From NCBI RefSeq assembly GCF_000025925.1, contig NC_014033.1, forward strand, positions 3,540,001-3,572,000: DNA of 32,000 bases, read 5' to 3'. This stretch comes from Xylanibacter ruminicola 23 (lineage in GTDB: Bacteria > Bacteroidota > Bacteroidia > Bacteroidales > Bacteroidaceae). Positions 8,419 to 15,543 of this stretch are shown here, in pieces (position 1 is the stretch's first letter; each line of letters begins with the position of its first letter). A program made the translations under genes and the position numbers. The notes below the pieces were generated by a model. It searched no databases. It was not told the DNA's origin and saw only the letters and a list, made by a program, of their open reading frames with translations.

Positions 8419-9876
8419 TTAATTTTCTTTCCAGAAGGTACGTGTAAACAGTACCAGCACCGTCATAATCTCCAGACGTCCCATCAGCATCAACGGACAC
8501 AGAATCCACTTTATGTATTCGGGCAGTATCGACCACGACATCACCGGTCCTATCTGCGTGCCCAGTGTTGGGCCTACGTTGCTCACACAGCTCAGGGCTA
8601 TGGTAATGGCGTTGGTGTTATCAATGCCAGCCACAATCATAATGGTGGCCGTTACTAATGTCATCAGCATGGTGAGCGTGAAAAAGGCAAACAGTGCCAC
8701 CAGTTTTGATTGTGGAATACTCATGCCGTTAATCTTTACAGGCAGCACAGCATTGGGGTGCAGTATCTGGCGGAAGTTATTACGTACCACTTTTAGCAGC
8801 ATCACGCCTCTGATACACTTAAAGCCACCGCTGGTACTACCTGCACAGGCACCTAAGTACATTACCACACCCAATATCACCCAGGTGATATGTGGCCAGG
8901 TACCCGCATCCTCGTTAAACATACCCGTGGTGGTGATAAACGATACCACCTGGAACAATGCAGCACGGAAGGCATGCTCTAAGTCGTAGCCCATACGTGT
9001 CAGCAGCAGGTACATAATCCACAGTGTTGCACCTATCACCACGCTTACGTACAGCTTGAATTCCGAGTTGGTCAGCAGCGCCTTCAGTCGCATTTTTACA
9101 ATGCTTAAATATAATAAGGTGAAGTTGATGCCCGACAGGAATTGGAATGTAATCGAGATATAGTCGATGGTAGGCGAGTGGAAGTACTCCGTGCTCTCGT
9201 TGTGTATCGCAAAGCCGCCCGTTGCTGTAGTGGTCATGGCGTAGTTCAGTGCCTCAAACCAGTTCATGCCTGCAGCACAGTACGATAATACGCAGGCCAG
9301 CGTTAGTATCAGGTAAATACTCCAGATCCATTTGGCAGTTGTGGTTAGTCGTGGGTGCATCTTGGCCTTGATGGGGCCTGTAGCCTCGGCGGCAAACACC
9401 TTTACACTACCACCCACCAACGATGGCAGGATGGCGATGGTAAAGAATACGATTCCCAATCCGCCAATCCACTGGGTGAGTGATCGCCAGAATAATATGC
9501 CGTGTGGCAGTATCTCCACATCGTCGATAATCGAGGCGCCCGTAGTGGTAAAGCCCGATGTTGATTCAAAAAAAGCGTCGGTAATGTTGGTAATACAGCC
9601 GTGGGTCAGAAACGGAAACATGCCGAATACCGAGAACACCAGCCAGGCGGCCGTTACCAGCAGGTAAGCGTCTCTACGGCTCAGACTGTTGTCTGCGTTA
9701 CGTCCCATATACATAAACGTAAAACCGCTGCCAAAGGTTATCAGCAGCGATATCAGGAATGCCATCAGGTCGTCCTCGTGATACGAGAAAGCCACCAGTG
9801 CGCATAGCGACATAAACAATGCCTCTATGAGCAGCAGCGAGCCTATGATTTTACTGATGATACGGAAGTTTACCAT
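8419..9876 (-). CDS. trkH: TrkH-family potassium uptake membrane protein
   Basis: 485 aa polytopic protein with four pore-loop-like repeats (TTTGAS, TATGGF, TTTGMF, STSGGF). Confidence 0.9.
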   Translation of the reverse strand: MVNFRIISKIIGSLLLIEALFMSLCALVAFSYHEDDLMAFLISLLITFGSGFTFMYMGRNADNSLSRRDAYLLVTAAWLVFSVFGMFPFLTHGCITNITDAFFESTSGFTTTGASIIDDVEILPHGILFWRSLTQWIGGLGIVFFTIAILPSLVGGSVKVFAAEATGPIKAKMHPRLTTTAKWIWSIYLILTLACVLSYCAAGMNWFEALNYAMTTTATGGFAIHNESTEYFHSPTIDYISITFQFLSGINFTLLYLSIVKMRLKALLTNSEFKLYVSVVIGATLWIMYLLLTRMGYDLEHAFRAALFQVVSFITTTGMFNEDAGTWPHITWVILGVVMYLGACAGSTSGGFKCIRGVMLLKVVRNNFRQILHPNAVLPVKINGMSIPQSKLVALFAFFTLTMLMTLVTATIMIVAGIDNTNAITIALSCVSNVGPTLGTQIGPVMSWSILPEYIKWILCPLMLMGRLEIMTVLVLFTRTFWKEN

Positions 9877-11225
9877 ATCGCATTCTTCTTGAAGTACTTT
9901 TCTATGTTGTTCAGTTTCTGTTCATGACAGAACACCATCACCGAGTCGCCCGCCTCAATCTGCGAGTTACCATTTACCAGCATACCGCGCCCGTCGCGCA
10001 CCAGTCCGCCAATGGTCACACCAAATGGCAGTCCTAAGTCCTTAACCGGTTTCTTGGTTACCTTCGAATCCTCGGCAGCCGTAAACTCAGCCACCTCGCT
10101 GTCCACCATCATCAGCGATCGCAGGTTGTTCACGTCGGCATCCAACAGCATCTGGTAGATATGGCTGGCGGCGATGGTCTTTTTATTGATAATCGTACCG
10201 ATATCCAGACTTTCGGCCATGCTCACGTAGTCCAGATTCTCCACCATCGCTACTGTTTTGCGCACGCCCATCTTCTTGGCAGTCAAACAAGCCAGAATGT
10301 TGGTCTCGGCATTCTCGGTCAGCGCCACAAAGGCCTGTGTATTTCTGATGCCCTCCTCTTCCAGCAGTCCCAAGTCGCGTCCGTCGCCGTGTATCACCAT
10401 CGTGTCCTGGTTCTCCAGCAGCTCGTTCAGCTTCTCGCAGCGCTTGGCATCCTTCTCAATAATCTTCACGTGCATGTAGTCGGGTGTGGTCAGCGCCGCA
10501 CGTACGGTGGTTTTGCCGCCGCCCATCATAATCACGTTCTTCACGTCGGTATAGTGCTCCTTACCTACTATCTTGCGTATGTAAGGTATATACTCCTTGG
10601 TAGTCATAAAGTAGGCCAGGTCGCCCACTCTCAGTTCGTCCATACCGCTTGGTATAATCGTGTCGCCTCCGCGCTTAATAGCCACAATGTGGTACGGGTC
10701 GTCGGGGCCGCACAGGTCCTTCAGCGGCTGGTTCAGTATCTCGGCCTGCTCTCTCAGCTTGATGCCCAGCATGGTCAGTGCACCGTCGTGTACATCCCAG
10801 CGCTGGCGCACCCACGATAGCTTTAAGCCGTTGTTGATATCAATGGCCGCCAGTACCTCGGGGTAAATTAGCGAGTCAAGTCCTAAGTTCTTAAAAAAGG
10901 GTTGTAAGCTGGGTGCCAGGTACTCGTAGTTATCAATACGTGCTACGGTTTTCTTGGCGCCCAAGGCGTGTGCCAGTATGCAGGCGTTAATGTTCGTGCT
11001 CTCTTCGGGTGTTACGCCCACAAACAGGTCGGCATTAGGCACACCGGCCTCTTTCAGAGCTCTAATGCTGGTTGGCGATGCGCAATACGTCATCACGTCG
11101 TACTCGCTCATTTTAGCCAGTCGCTCCTCGTCGTCATCAATCAGAATACAGTCCTGATGTTCTCTCGACAGCAATTTCGACAGGTGAGTACCTACGGCGC
11201 CTGCACCTACTATCACAATTTTCAT
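9870..11225 (-). CDS. trkA: Trk system NAD-binding component
   Basis: 451 aa. Two Rossmann repeats ([15 protein letters not shown] and [10 protein letters not shown]). Its stop overlaps the trkH start by 7 nt. Confidence 0.9.
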   Translation of the reverse strand: MKIVIVGAGAVGTHLSKLLSREHQDCILIDDDEERLAKMSEYDVMTYCASPTSIRALKEAGVPNADLFVGVTPEESTNINACILAHALGAKKTVARIDNYEYLAPSLQPFFKNLGLDSLIYPEVLAAIDINNGLKLSWVRQRWDVHDGALTMLGIKLREQAEILNQPLKDLCGPDDPYHIVAIKRGGDTIIPSGMDELRVGDLAYFMTTKEYIPYIRKIVGKEHYTDVKNVIMMGGGKTTVRAALTTPDYMHVKIIEKDAKRCEKLNELLENQDTMVIHGDGRDLGLLEEEGIRNTQAFVALTENAETNILACLTAKKMGVRKTVAMVENLDYVSMAESLDIGTIINKKTIAASHIYQMLLDADVNNLRSLMMVDSEVAEFTAAEDSKVTKKPVKDLGLPFGVTIGGLVRDGRGMLVNGNSQIEAGDSVMVFCHEQKLNNIEKYFKKNAIW

Positions 11226-13120
11226 GCCTCCAAAATAGCTTTCTTAATGCCTTCTTCGTCAATGCCCACAATGTGCTGCAGCTCCTTTACGGTGCCGTGC
11301 TCCACAAAGTTGTCGGGCAGTCCCAGTCGTGTCACCTTTGGTGCGTAACCGTGATCGTTCATCCACTCCAGCACAGCGCTACCCAGTCCGCCTTGGCGTA
11401 CACCGTTCTCAACGGTAATCACCTTCTTAAACTTCTTGCCTACCTCTTCCAGAATCGATTCATCAATCGGTTTGAGGAATCGCATGTCGTAGTGTGCAAT
11501 TGATAATTGACAATTGATAATTGACAATTGTTCTATCGCTCTGGTGACATTATTGCCAATCGGGCCAATGCTCAGTACAGCTATGTCGTCGCCGTCGTGC
11601 AGTTTACGTCCGGTACCCACCTTTATCTCCTCCAGTGGGCATCGCCAGTCCTGCAGCTCGCCGCCACCACGTGGATAGCGTATCACGAACGGACCCTTGT
11701 TAGGCAGCTGGGCGGTGTACATCAGTCGTCGCAGCTCGTGCTCATCCAGTGGCGAGCTAATCGTCAGGTTTGGTATGGGGCGCAGGGCAGCCAGGTCAAA
11801 GGCACCATGGTGTGTGGCACCATCCTCGCCCACCAGTCCCGAGCGGTCAAAGCAGAACACCACGTTCAGGTTCAGCAGTGCCACGTCGTGTATAATATTG
11901 TCGAATGCACGCTGCGCAAAGGCGCTGTAGATATTGCAGAAGGGCAGCAGTCCATCTTTGGCCATACCGCCGCTGAATGTCACGGCGTGTCCCTCGGCTA
12001 TACCCACGTCAAACGTGCGTTCGGGCATCTCTTTCATCATGATGTTCATCGAGCAGCCGCTGGGCATCGCAGGAGTCACACCCACAATCTTTGGGTTCTG
12101 CTTAGCCAGTTCCAGCAGCGTGTGTCCGAATACATCCTGGTATTTCTGTGGCTTGGTGGGGTCGTTGTCCACCAGGCGCTCACCAGTGTCGGGGTTAAAC
12201 TTGCCCGGTGCGTGCCATACCGTCACATCCTTCTCGGCAGGTGCATAGCCATGTCCCTTCTTGGTGTGCAGGTGCAGCAGTTTGGGTCCGGTCATATTCT
12301 TCAGCTGACTCAGTATGCGCACCAGTTCCTTCACGTTGTGTCCGTCAAACGGTCCGAAGTACTGTATGTTCATACCGTCAAAAATGTTCTGCTGGTGACT
12401 GATGGCGCTCTTCATGGCGTTTGTCAGTCGTATCAGGCCTTTCTTGCGGTCGTCGTTCAGCATACCGTGACGGTTAAACCAGCGTGCCGTCTTAAACTTA
12501 ATGGCGTTATACGTCTCGTTGGTGCTCAGGTTCAGCAGATACTGCTTCATGCCGCCCACACTGCGGTCGATACTCATGTTGTTATCGTTCAGTATGATCA
12601 GCAGGTTGTTAGGGCTGCTCGAAACATTGTTCAGTCCCTCAAAAGCCAGTCCGCCGCTCAGTGCACCGTCGCCAATCACAGCCACCACATGGCGGTTGTG
12701 CTTGCCCTCCAGTTCAGCTGCTACGGCCATACCCAAGGCTGCCGATACCGAGTTGCTGGCGTGTCCGCAGGCAAAGGTGTCGTACTCGCTCTCTTCGGGC
12801 GATGGGAAAGGCTTAATTCCGCCCAACTTACGGTTGGTGCAGAATCGGTCTTTACGGCCAGTCAGAATCTTATGTCCGTAAGCCTGGTGTCCCACGTCCC
12901 AAACTATTCTGTCTTCGGGGGTGTTATATACGTAATGTAGTGCAACCGTAATTTCGGCCACACCCAAACTCGAGGCTAAGTGTCCAGGGTTCACTGCCAC
13001 TTCTTCAATGATGTCGCGTCGCAGTTCGTCGCAAACCTGTGGCAATTCATCCACCTTTAGTTTTCTCAAATCATCAGGTGTCTGGATCTTATTTAAAAGA
13101 GTAAACTCAGTTTTTTCCAC
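11222..13120 (-). CDS. dxs: 1-deoxy-D-xylulose-5-phosphate synthase
   Basis: 632 aa. TPP motif [18 protein letters not shown] and transketolase-like domains. 4-nt ATGA overlap with trkA, so dxs-trkA-trkH(-manA) looks like one operon. Confidence 0.95.
   Translation of the reverse strand: MEKTEFTLLNKIQTPDDLRKLKVDELPQVCDELRRDIIEEVAVNPGHLASSLGVAEITVALHYVYNTPEDRIVWDVGHQAYGHKILTGRKDRFCTNRKLGGIKPFPSPEESEYDTFACGHASNSVSAALGMAVAAELEGKHNRHVVAVIGDGALSGGLAFEGLNNVSSSPNNLLIILNDNNMSIDRSVGGMKQYLLNLSTNETYNAIKFKTARWFNRHGMLNDDRKKGLIRLTNAMKSAISHQQNIFDGMNIQYFGPFDGHNVKELVRILSQLKNMTGPKLLHLHTKKGHGYAPAEKDVTVWHAPGKFNPDTGERLVDNDPTKPQKYQDVFGHTLLELAKQNPKIVGVTPAMPSGCSMNIMMKEMPERTFDVGIAEGHAVTFSGGMAKDGLLPFCNIYSAFAQRAFDNIIHDVALLNLNVVFCFDRSGLVGEDGATHHGAFDLAALRPIPNLTISSPLDEHELRRLMYTAQLPNKGPFVIRYPRGGGELQDWRCPLEEIKVGTGRKLHDGDDIAVLSIGPIGNNVTRAIEQLSIINCQLSIAHYDMRFLKPIDESILEEVGKKFKKVITVENGVRQGGLGSAVLEWMNDHGYAPKVTRLGLPDNFVEHGTVKELQHIVGIDEEGIKKAILEA
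11497..11530. repeat. 14-nt unit (two heptamers) x2.4 inside dxs coding sequence
   Basis: Plus strand reads caattga taattga caattga taattga caattg. The sense strand reads TCAATTR heptamers and encodes [11 protein letters not shown]. Confidence 0.85.
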
Positions 13121-13144
13121 ACAAAAATTCTTTTATTTCGAGTG

Positions 13145-13152
13145 CAAAGATA
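13145..13152 (-). promoter_or_regulatory. TAnnTTTG motif (tatctttg on minus strand) upstream of dxs
   Basis: Exact motif 25 nt upstream of the dxs ATG. Confidence 0.5.
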
Positions 13153-13197
13153 TACATTTATTATTAAACTGCAAAATATATTAGCAATTTTCTTAGT

Positions 13198-13830
13198 TTA
13201 AATCTGCCCACTCTCCACCATCAGCACCACGCGTTCGGTCAGTCGGTCCACGCCCTTTGCGTCGTACTCCTTTTTCAGGCTGGCACCAAAGCCCCAGGCA
13301 AACACCTGCCAGAATCCCGCTCTCAGGGGTCCCATAAAGGCTTTAATCATATCGTAGCTGCTCGAGTGGCATTCTCGGTCAATCAGTTTTATCAGCAGCT
13401 TACCTTGGCTGTAGGTCAGTTTTTTCATTTTGGGTTTGTAGGTTTTAAATATGTCGGCTTCTACGCGCTTCATGTGTTCCGCCTTTTCCTGGTCTGTTTG
13501 CAGCGTTTCCAGGTATTCGGTGGTTTCAATCAGCATCATGCGTGCCTCTTTGGCTATAGGCAGCACTTTCTTCACGTTGTTCACCAGTCGCATGTACTGC
13601 TGGGCCTGTTTTTTGTTTTTAAATGTCAGTTGCGGGTACACATACACATTGTTCATCTCCATGTATTGTATGCTGTCGCCCTCGTGCAGCACTTTTCCCA
13701 CCTTTACGGTTGGTACAAATGTAGGCGAGTCCATCTCCGCCAGCACCTGCTCGGCGGTTATCCGTTGTTCCTCCTGCGCCTGGGCGCAAGCAGCACAACA
13801 CAGCAATGCTATGATAAACCCTTTTCTCAT
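13198..13830 (-). CDS. Secreted DUF4294-like protein
   Basis: Start moved to the ATG at 13830 (MRKGFIIALLCCAACAQAQ signal peptide), because track start 13842 is TTG and overlaps the promoter motif. The family call is from memory of conserved blocks (LTYSQGKLLIKLIDRE). Confidence 0.7.
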   Translation of the reverse strand: MRKGFIIALLCCAACAQAQEEQRITAEQVLAEMDSPTFVPTVKVGKVLHEGDSIQYMEMNNVYVYPQLTFKNKKQAQQYMRLVNNVKKVLPIAKEARMMLIETTEYLETLQTDQEKAEHMKRVEADIFKTYKPKMKKLTYSQGKLLIKLIDRECHSSSYDMIKAFMGPLRAGFWQVFAWGFGASLKKEYDAKGVDRLTERVVLMVESGQI

Positions 13831-13839
13831 TTTCGGGTG

Positions 13840-13847
13840 CAAAGGTA
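13840..13847 (-). promoter_or_regulatory. TAnnTTTG motif (tacctttg on minus strand) for the DUF4294-like gene
   Basis: Exact motif about 10 nt upstream of the ATG at 13830, giving a very short leader. Confidence 0.45.
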
Positions 13848-13880
13848 CAAAAAAAATCGCAACGGCATCACTCCGTTACG
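13848..13880 (-). terminator. Rho-independent terminator ending the HU-smalltalk transcript
   Basis: Minus strand reads cgtaacgg-agtgatg-ccgttgcg (8-bp stem with one G.U) followed by a-tttttttt. Confidence 0.7.
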
Positions 13881-13893
13881 ACTTTTTAATTCA

Positions 13894-13928
13894 TTTAATG
13901 TTTAATGTTTCATGTTTAATGTTTCATG
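13894..13928 (-). repeat. Heptamer array A (5 units), sense-strand AAA(C/G)AT(T/G) family
   Basis: Plus strand reads tttaatg tttaatg tttcatg tttaatg tttcatg, immediately 3' of the smalltalk-like stop codon. Confidence 0.9.
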
Positions 13929-14033
13929 TTACAACGTGCCAACGCACGATGTGGCTCCCAGCGCCGTCACTATCGCCGTAGCGATACTAGCAATCATCTG
14001 CACGATGAACTTTAATGTCTCCTTCTTGCTCAT
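13929..14033 (-). CDS. Smalltalk-like 34-aa membrane peptide (not in ORF track)
   Basis: Hand translation gives MSKKETLKFIVQMIASIATAIVTALGATSCVGTL: a basic N-terminus plus one hydrophobic helix. Its position just downstream of an HU-like gene matches my memory of the Bacteroidales smalltalk family. Confidence 0.55.
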   Translation of the reverse strand: MSKKETLKFIVQMIASIATAIVTALGATSCVGTL

Positions 14034-14061
14034 AATCTTTAATCTTTAATGTTTCATGTTT
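14034..14061 (-). repeat. Heptamer array B (4 units) abutting the smalltalk-like ATG
   Basis: Plus strand reads aatcttt aatcttt aatgttt catgttt. In sense orientation this is aaacatg aaacatt aaagatt aaagatt-ATG. Confidence 0.9.
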
Positions 14062-14107
14062 CGCTCGACATCCCGTAGGGTGGCGCTTGCTACCGAAGGG
14101 ACGCAAG

Positions 14108-14135
14108 AATGTTTAATCTTTAATGTTTAATGTTA
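14108..14135 (-). repeat. Heptamer array C (4 units) after the HU hairpin
   Basis: Plus strand reads aatgttt aatcttt aatgttt aatgtta. Confidence 0.9.
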
Positions 14136-14158
14136 GGGTGGGGCTTTCGCCCCAACCC
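14136..14158 (-). terminator. GC-rich hairpin right after the HU-like stop (attenuator or processing site?)
   Basis: Sense strand reads gggttggggc-gaaa-gccccaccc (one bulged base). No U-tract follows; the A-rich heptamers come next. Confidence 0.5.
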
Positions 14159-14159
14159 T

Positions 14160-14702
14160 TTAGTCTCCAATCGGCTCGTTATGATTTCCGCCGCCACCGG
14201 TATTGCCACCAGTGTTTCCACCGGTATTGCCACCGCCATTGCTTGGCTCGTCGGGATCCTCAACCGTACCTGGGTCTGTCGAGGTCACACGCTTAATCTC
14301 CTTACCATCGCGGTCGTAGCAGGTAATCTGGATGGCTGTGCCTGCCAGCTCCTCCTTCAGATCCACCGCAGGGGTGAAGATAATGCGGCGACTGGTTACC
14401 AGTCCGGCTTTCACCTCATCTACCTTGGCTACACTCTTGGCGCGGATACCGAATCGCATGGTTCCCAAACCTGGCAGCGCAACCGAGTGACCCTCAGTGG
14501 CCCACGCCTTAATCACCTCGCCAGCAGCATCCCAGCAGGCCTGCATAATGCCTTTGCTAACGCCGCTGCGCAGAGCAGCCTCCTTAATCACCTTGTCCTG
14601 AGAGAGTGAGGTGTACAACTCAGGCATCATGATGTAGCGATAAGTGCCCTCATACTTGCCAATCTTCTGCAACTTTTCCTGTGCTTTAACTTTCAATGCC
14701 AT
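14160..14702 (-). CDS. Bacteroidales-type HU/IHF-like DNA-binding protein with low-complexity tail
   Basis: 180 aa. HU-like core (...HSVALPGLGTMRFGIRAKS...). The C-terminal tail GGNTGGNTGGNTGGGGN is encoded by 4 x 12-nt repeats at 14194-14241. Confidence 0.8.
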   Translation of the reverse strand: MALKVKAQEKLQKIGKYEGTYRYIMMPELYTSLSQDKVIKEAALRSGVSKGIMQACWDAAGEVIKAWATEGHSVALPGLGTMRFGIRAKSVAKVDEVKAGLVTSRRIIFTPAVDLKEELAGTAIQITCYDRDGKEIKRVTSTDPGTVEDPDEPSNGGGNTGGNTGGNTGGGGNHNEPIGD

Positions 14703-14742
14703 AATTCTAGTTTAATTTTTGTGTTGTTGTAAAATAATTTTT

Positions 14743-14770
14743 AATGTTTAATCTTTAATGTTTAATGTCT
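14743..14770 (-). repeat. Heptamer array D (4 units) in the HU leader
   Basis: Plus strand reads aatgttt aatcttt aatgttt aatgtct, 41 nt upstream of the HU ATG. Confidence 0.9.
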
Positions 14771-14796
14771 CAACTCCGATGTTGGTTTTGCGGCCT

Positions 14797-14850
14797 CACG
14801 TGGCAGATTTTCTTAATGCACGTGGGAGAATCTTTTTCCTCGTGTGGGAG
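14797..14850. promoter_or_regulatory. Three direct repeats CACGTGG(C/G)AGA / CGTGTGGGAG spaced 22 bp
   Basis: cacgtggcaga (14797), cacgtgggaga (14819) and cgtgtgggag (14841). They lie between the minus-strand promoter motif and the HU gene. Confidence 0.5.
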
Positions 14851-14878
14851 CGTCATCTCCATCTTTATCTTGACAATG

Positions 14879-14886
14879 CAAAGGTA
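14879..14886 (-). promoter_or_regulatory. TAnnTTTG motif (tacctttg on minus strand) for the HU-smalltalk operon
   Basis: Exact motif about 175 nt upstream of the HU ATG. Confidence 0.45.
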
Positions 14887-14955
14887 CGAAATTTTCGTCA
14901 TACTATGAAATATCAACTGTTAATGAATTGTTAAAATCTCCAAGGTGCTGTAAGT

Positions 14956-15119
14956 GTTACAGTAGTGACAGTTACAGTTTCTTTAATGAGCCCTAAAAAC
15001 TAACAACTAAAATTTTACTATATATAATATATATTATATATAGTAATTTGTTTTTGTAAATATTTCTTTCTTTTTGCATATTTGCTCGCCTAAAAAACTG
15101 TAACTGTAACAATTGTCAC
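14956..15119. repeat. Inverted GTGACA/GTTACAG blocks flanking an AT palindrome
   Basis: Left arm is gtgaca-gttacagttt (14965-14980, with an additional gttacag at 14956). The reverse complement of the right arm is gtgaca-attgttaca-gttacagttt (15095-15119). Confidence 0.6.
15015..15046. repeat. Perfect 32-bp AT-only-core palindrome
   Basis: t-tactatatataatatatattatatatagta-a is its own reverse complement, centred at 15030/15031. Confidence 0.9.
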
Positions 15120-15161
15120 ACAGAAATCTCTACAAAATTTGGTCGAATCAAAGATTTGTGC

Positions 15162-15169
15162 TATCTTTG
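15162..15169 (+). promoter_or_regulatory. TAnnTTTG motif (tatctttg)
   Basis: Exact motif 25 nt upstream of the ATG at 15194. This argues against the longer track ORF start at 15113. Confidence 0.5.
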
Positions 15170-15193
15170 CAAGCAAATCAACAATTAGTGGAT

Positions 15194-15496
15194 ATGCCCG
15201 TAGATAAGCAAGTATTATTAAGATATAGAGTTCTGAATAGATGTTTCAGAAACCCCTTTACTGAATATACTCTCGACGATTTGGTTGAAGAGTGCAACAA
15301 ATCACTGGTTGCTGAGTTCAACAAGCAGGTTGGCAGCCGGGCTTGGACTTCACTTCGCGGGCTGCATGATAGTGTGCTTATCGATACCTTGATTGCCAAA
15401 GGTGTTGATGTTTCGGCTGTTTATGATGGTGTAACTATCTCATTTAAGCGAAAAATCGCTTTAAATGCGGATAAAACTAAGGTTGTGTTTGCGTAG
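15194..15496 (+). CDS. 100-aa protein with the N-terminal HTH signature of Bacteroidales WYL-domain (BrxR/CapW-like) regulators; probably a truncated stub
   Basis: MPVDKQVLLRYRVLNRCFRNPFTEYTLDDLVEECNKSL fits the recalled pattern xxRYxxLxxCFxNxxxxYxxxDLxxxCN. The remaining roughly 60 aa show no WYL-domain-like sequence. Confidence 0.4.
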   Translation: MPVDKQVLLRYRVLNRCFRNPFTEYTLDDLVEECNKSLVAEFNKQVGSRAWTSLRGLHDSVLIDTLIAKGVDVSAVYDGVTISFKRKIALNADKTKVVFA

Positions 15497-15511
15497 TTCG
15501 TTTTTTTGTGT

Positions 15512-15519
15512 TATTTTTG
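15512..15519 (+). promoter_or_regulatory. TAnnTTTG motif (tatttttg) for hsdM
   Basis: Exact motif 25 nt upstream of the hsdM ATG. Confidence 0.55.
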
Positions 15520-15543
15520 CAGTGATAATTAAAAATAGATAAG

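Noticed and set aside
11528-12940. 470-aa plus-strand ORF (and neighbours 11934-12248, 12501-12881) opposite dxs
   Set aside because: It lies entirely antisense to a confidently identified dxs gene. The sequence is low-complexity and His/Val/Gln-rich, typical of shadow ORFs. No promoter motif or recognisable domain.
13366-14609. Plus-strand ORFs 13366-13905, 13451-13981 and 14130-14609
   Set aside because: They are antisense to the DUF4294-like and HU-like genes and run through heptamer arrays and terminators. The repeat-derived peptides (…MFNVSCLMFHV…) are artefacts of translating the arrays.
13894-14770. Heptamer arrays considered as a CRISPR-like or minisatellite locus
   Set aside because: The units are 7 nt with no unique spacers, the arrays are only 28-35 nt long, and there are no cas genes. 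They are not CRISPR. I kept them as a repeat family with a possible leader or recombination role.
14956-15119. Invertible promoter (inverton) flanked by the GTGACA/GTTACAG inverted repeats
   Set aside because: The arms are short and interrupted by a 9-nt indel. I found no TAnnTTTG motif on either strand inside the 115-bp segment, and no site-specific recombinase gene is nearby. An operator interpretation is preferred.
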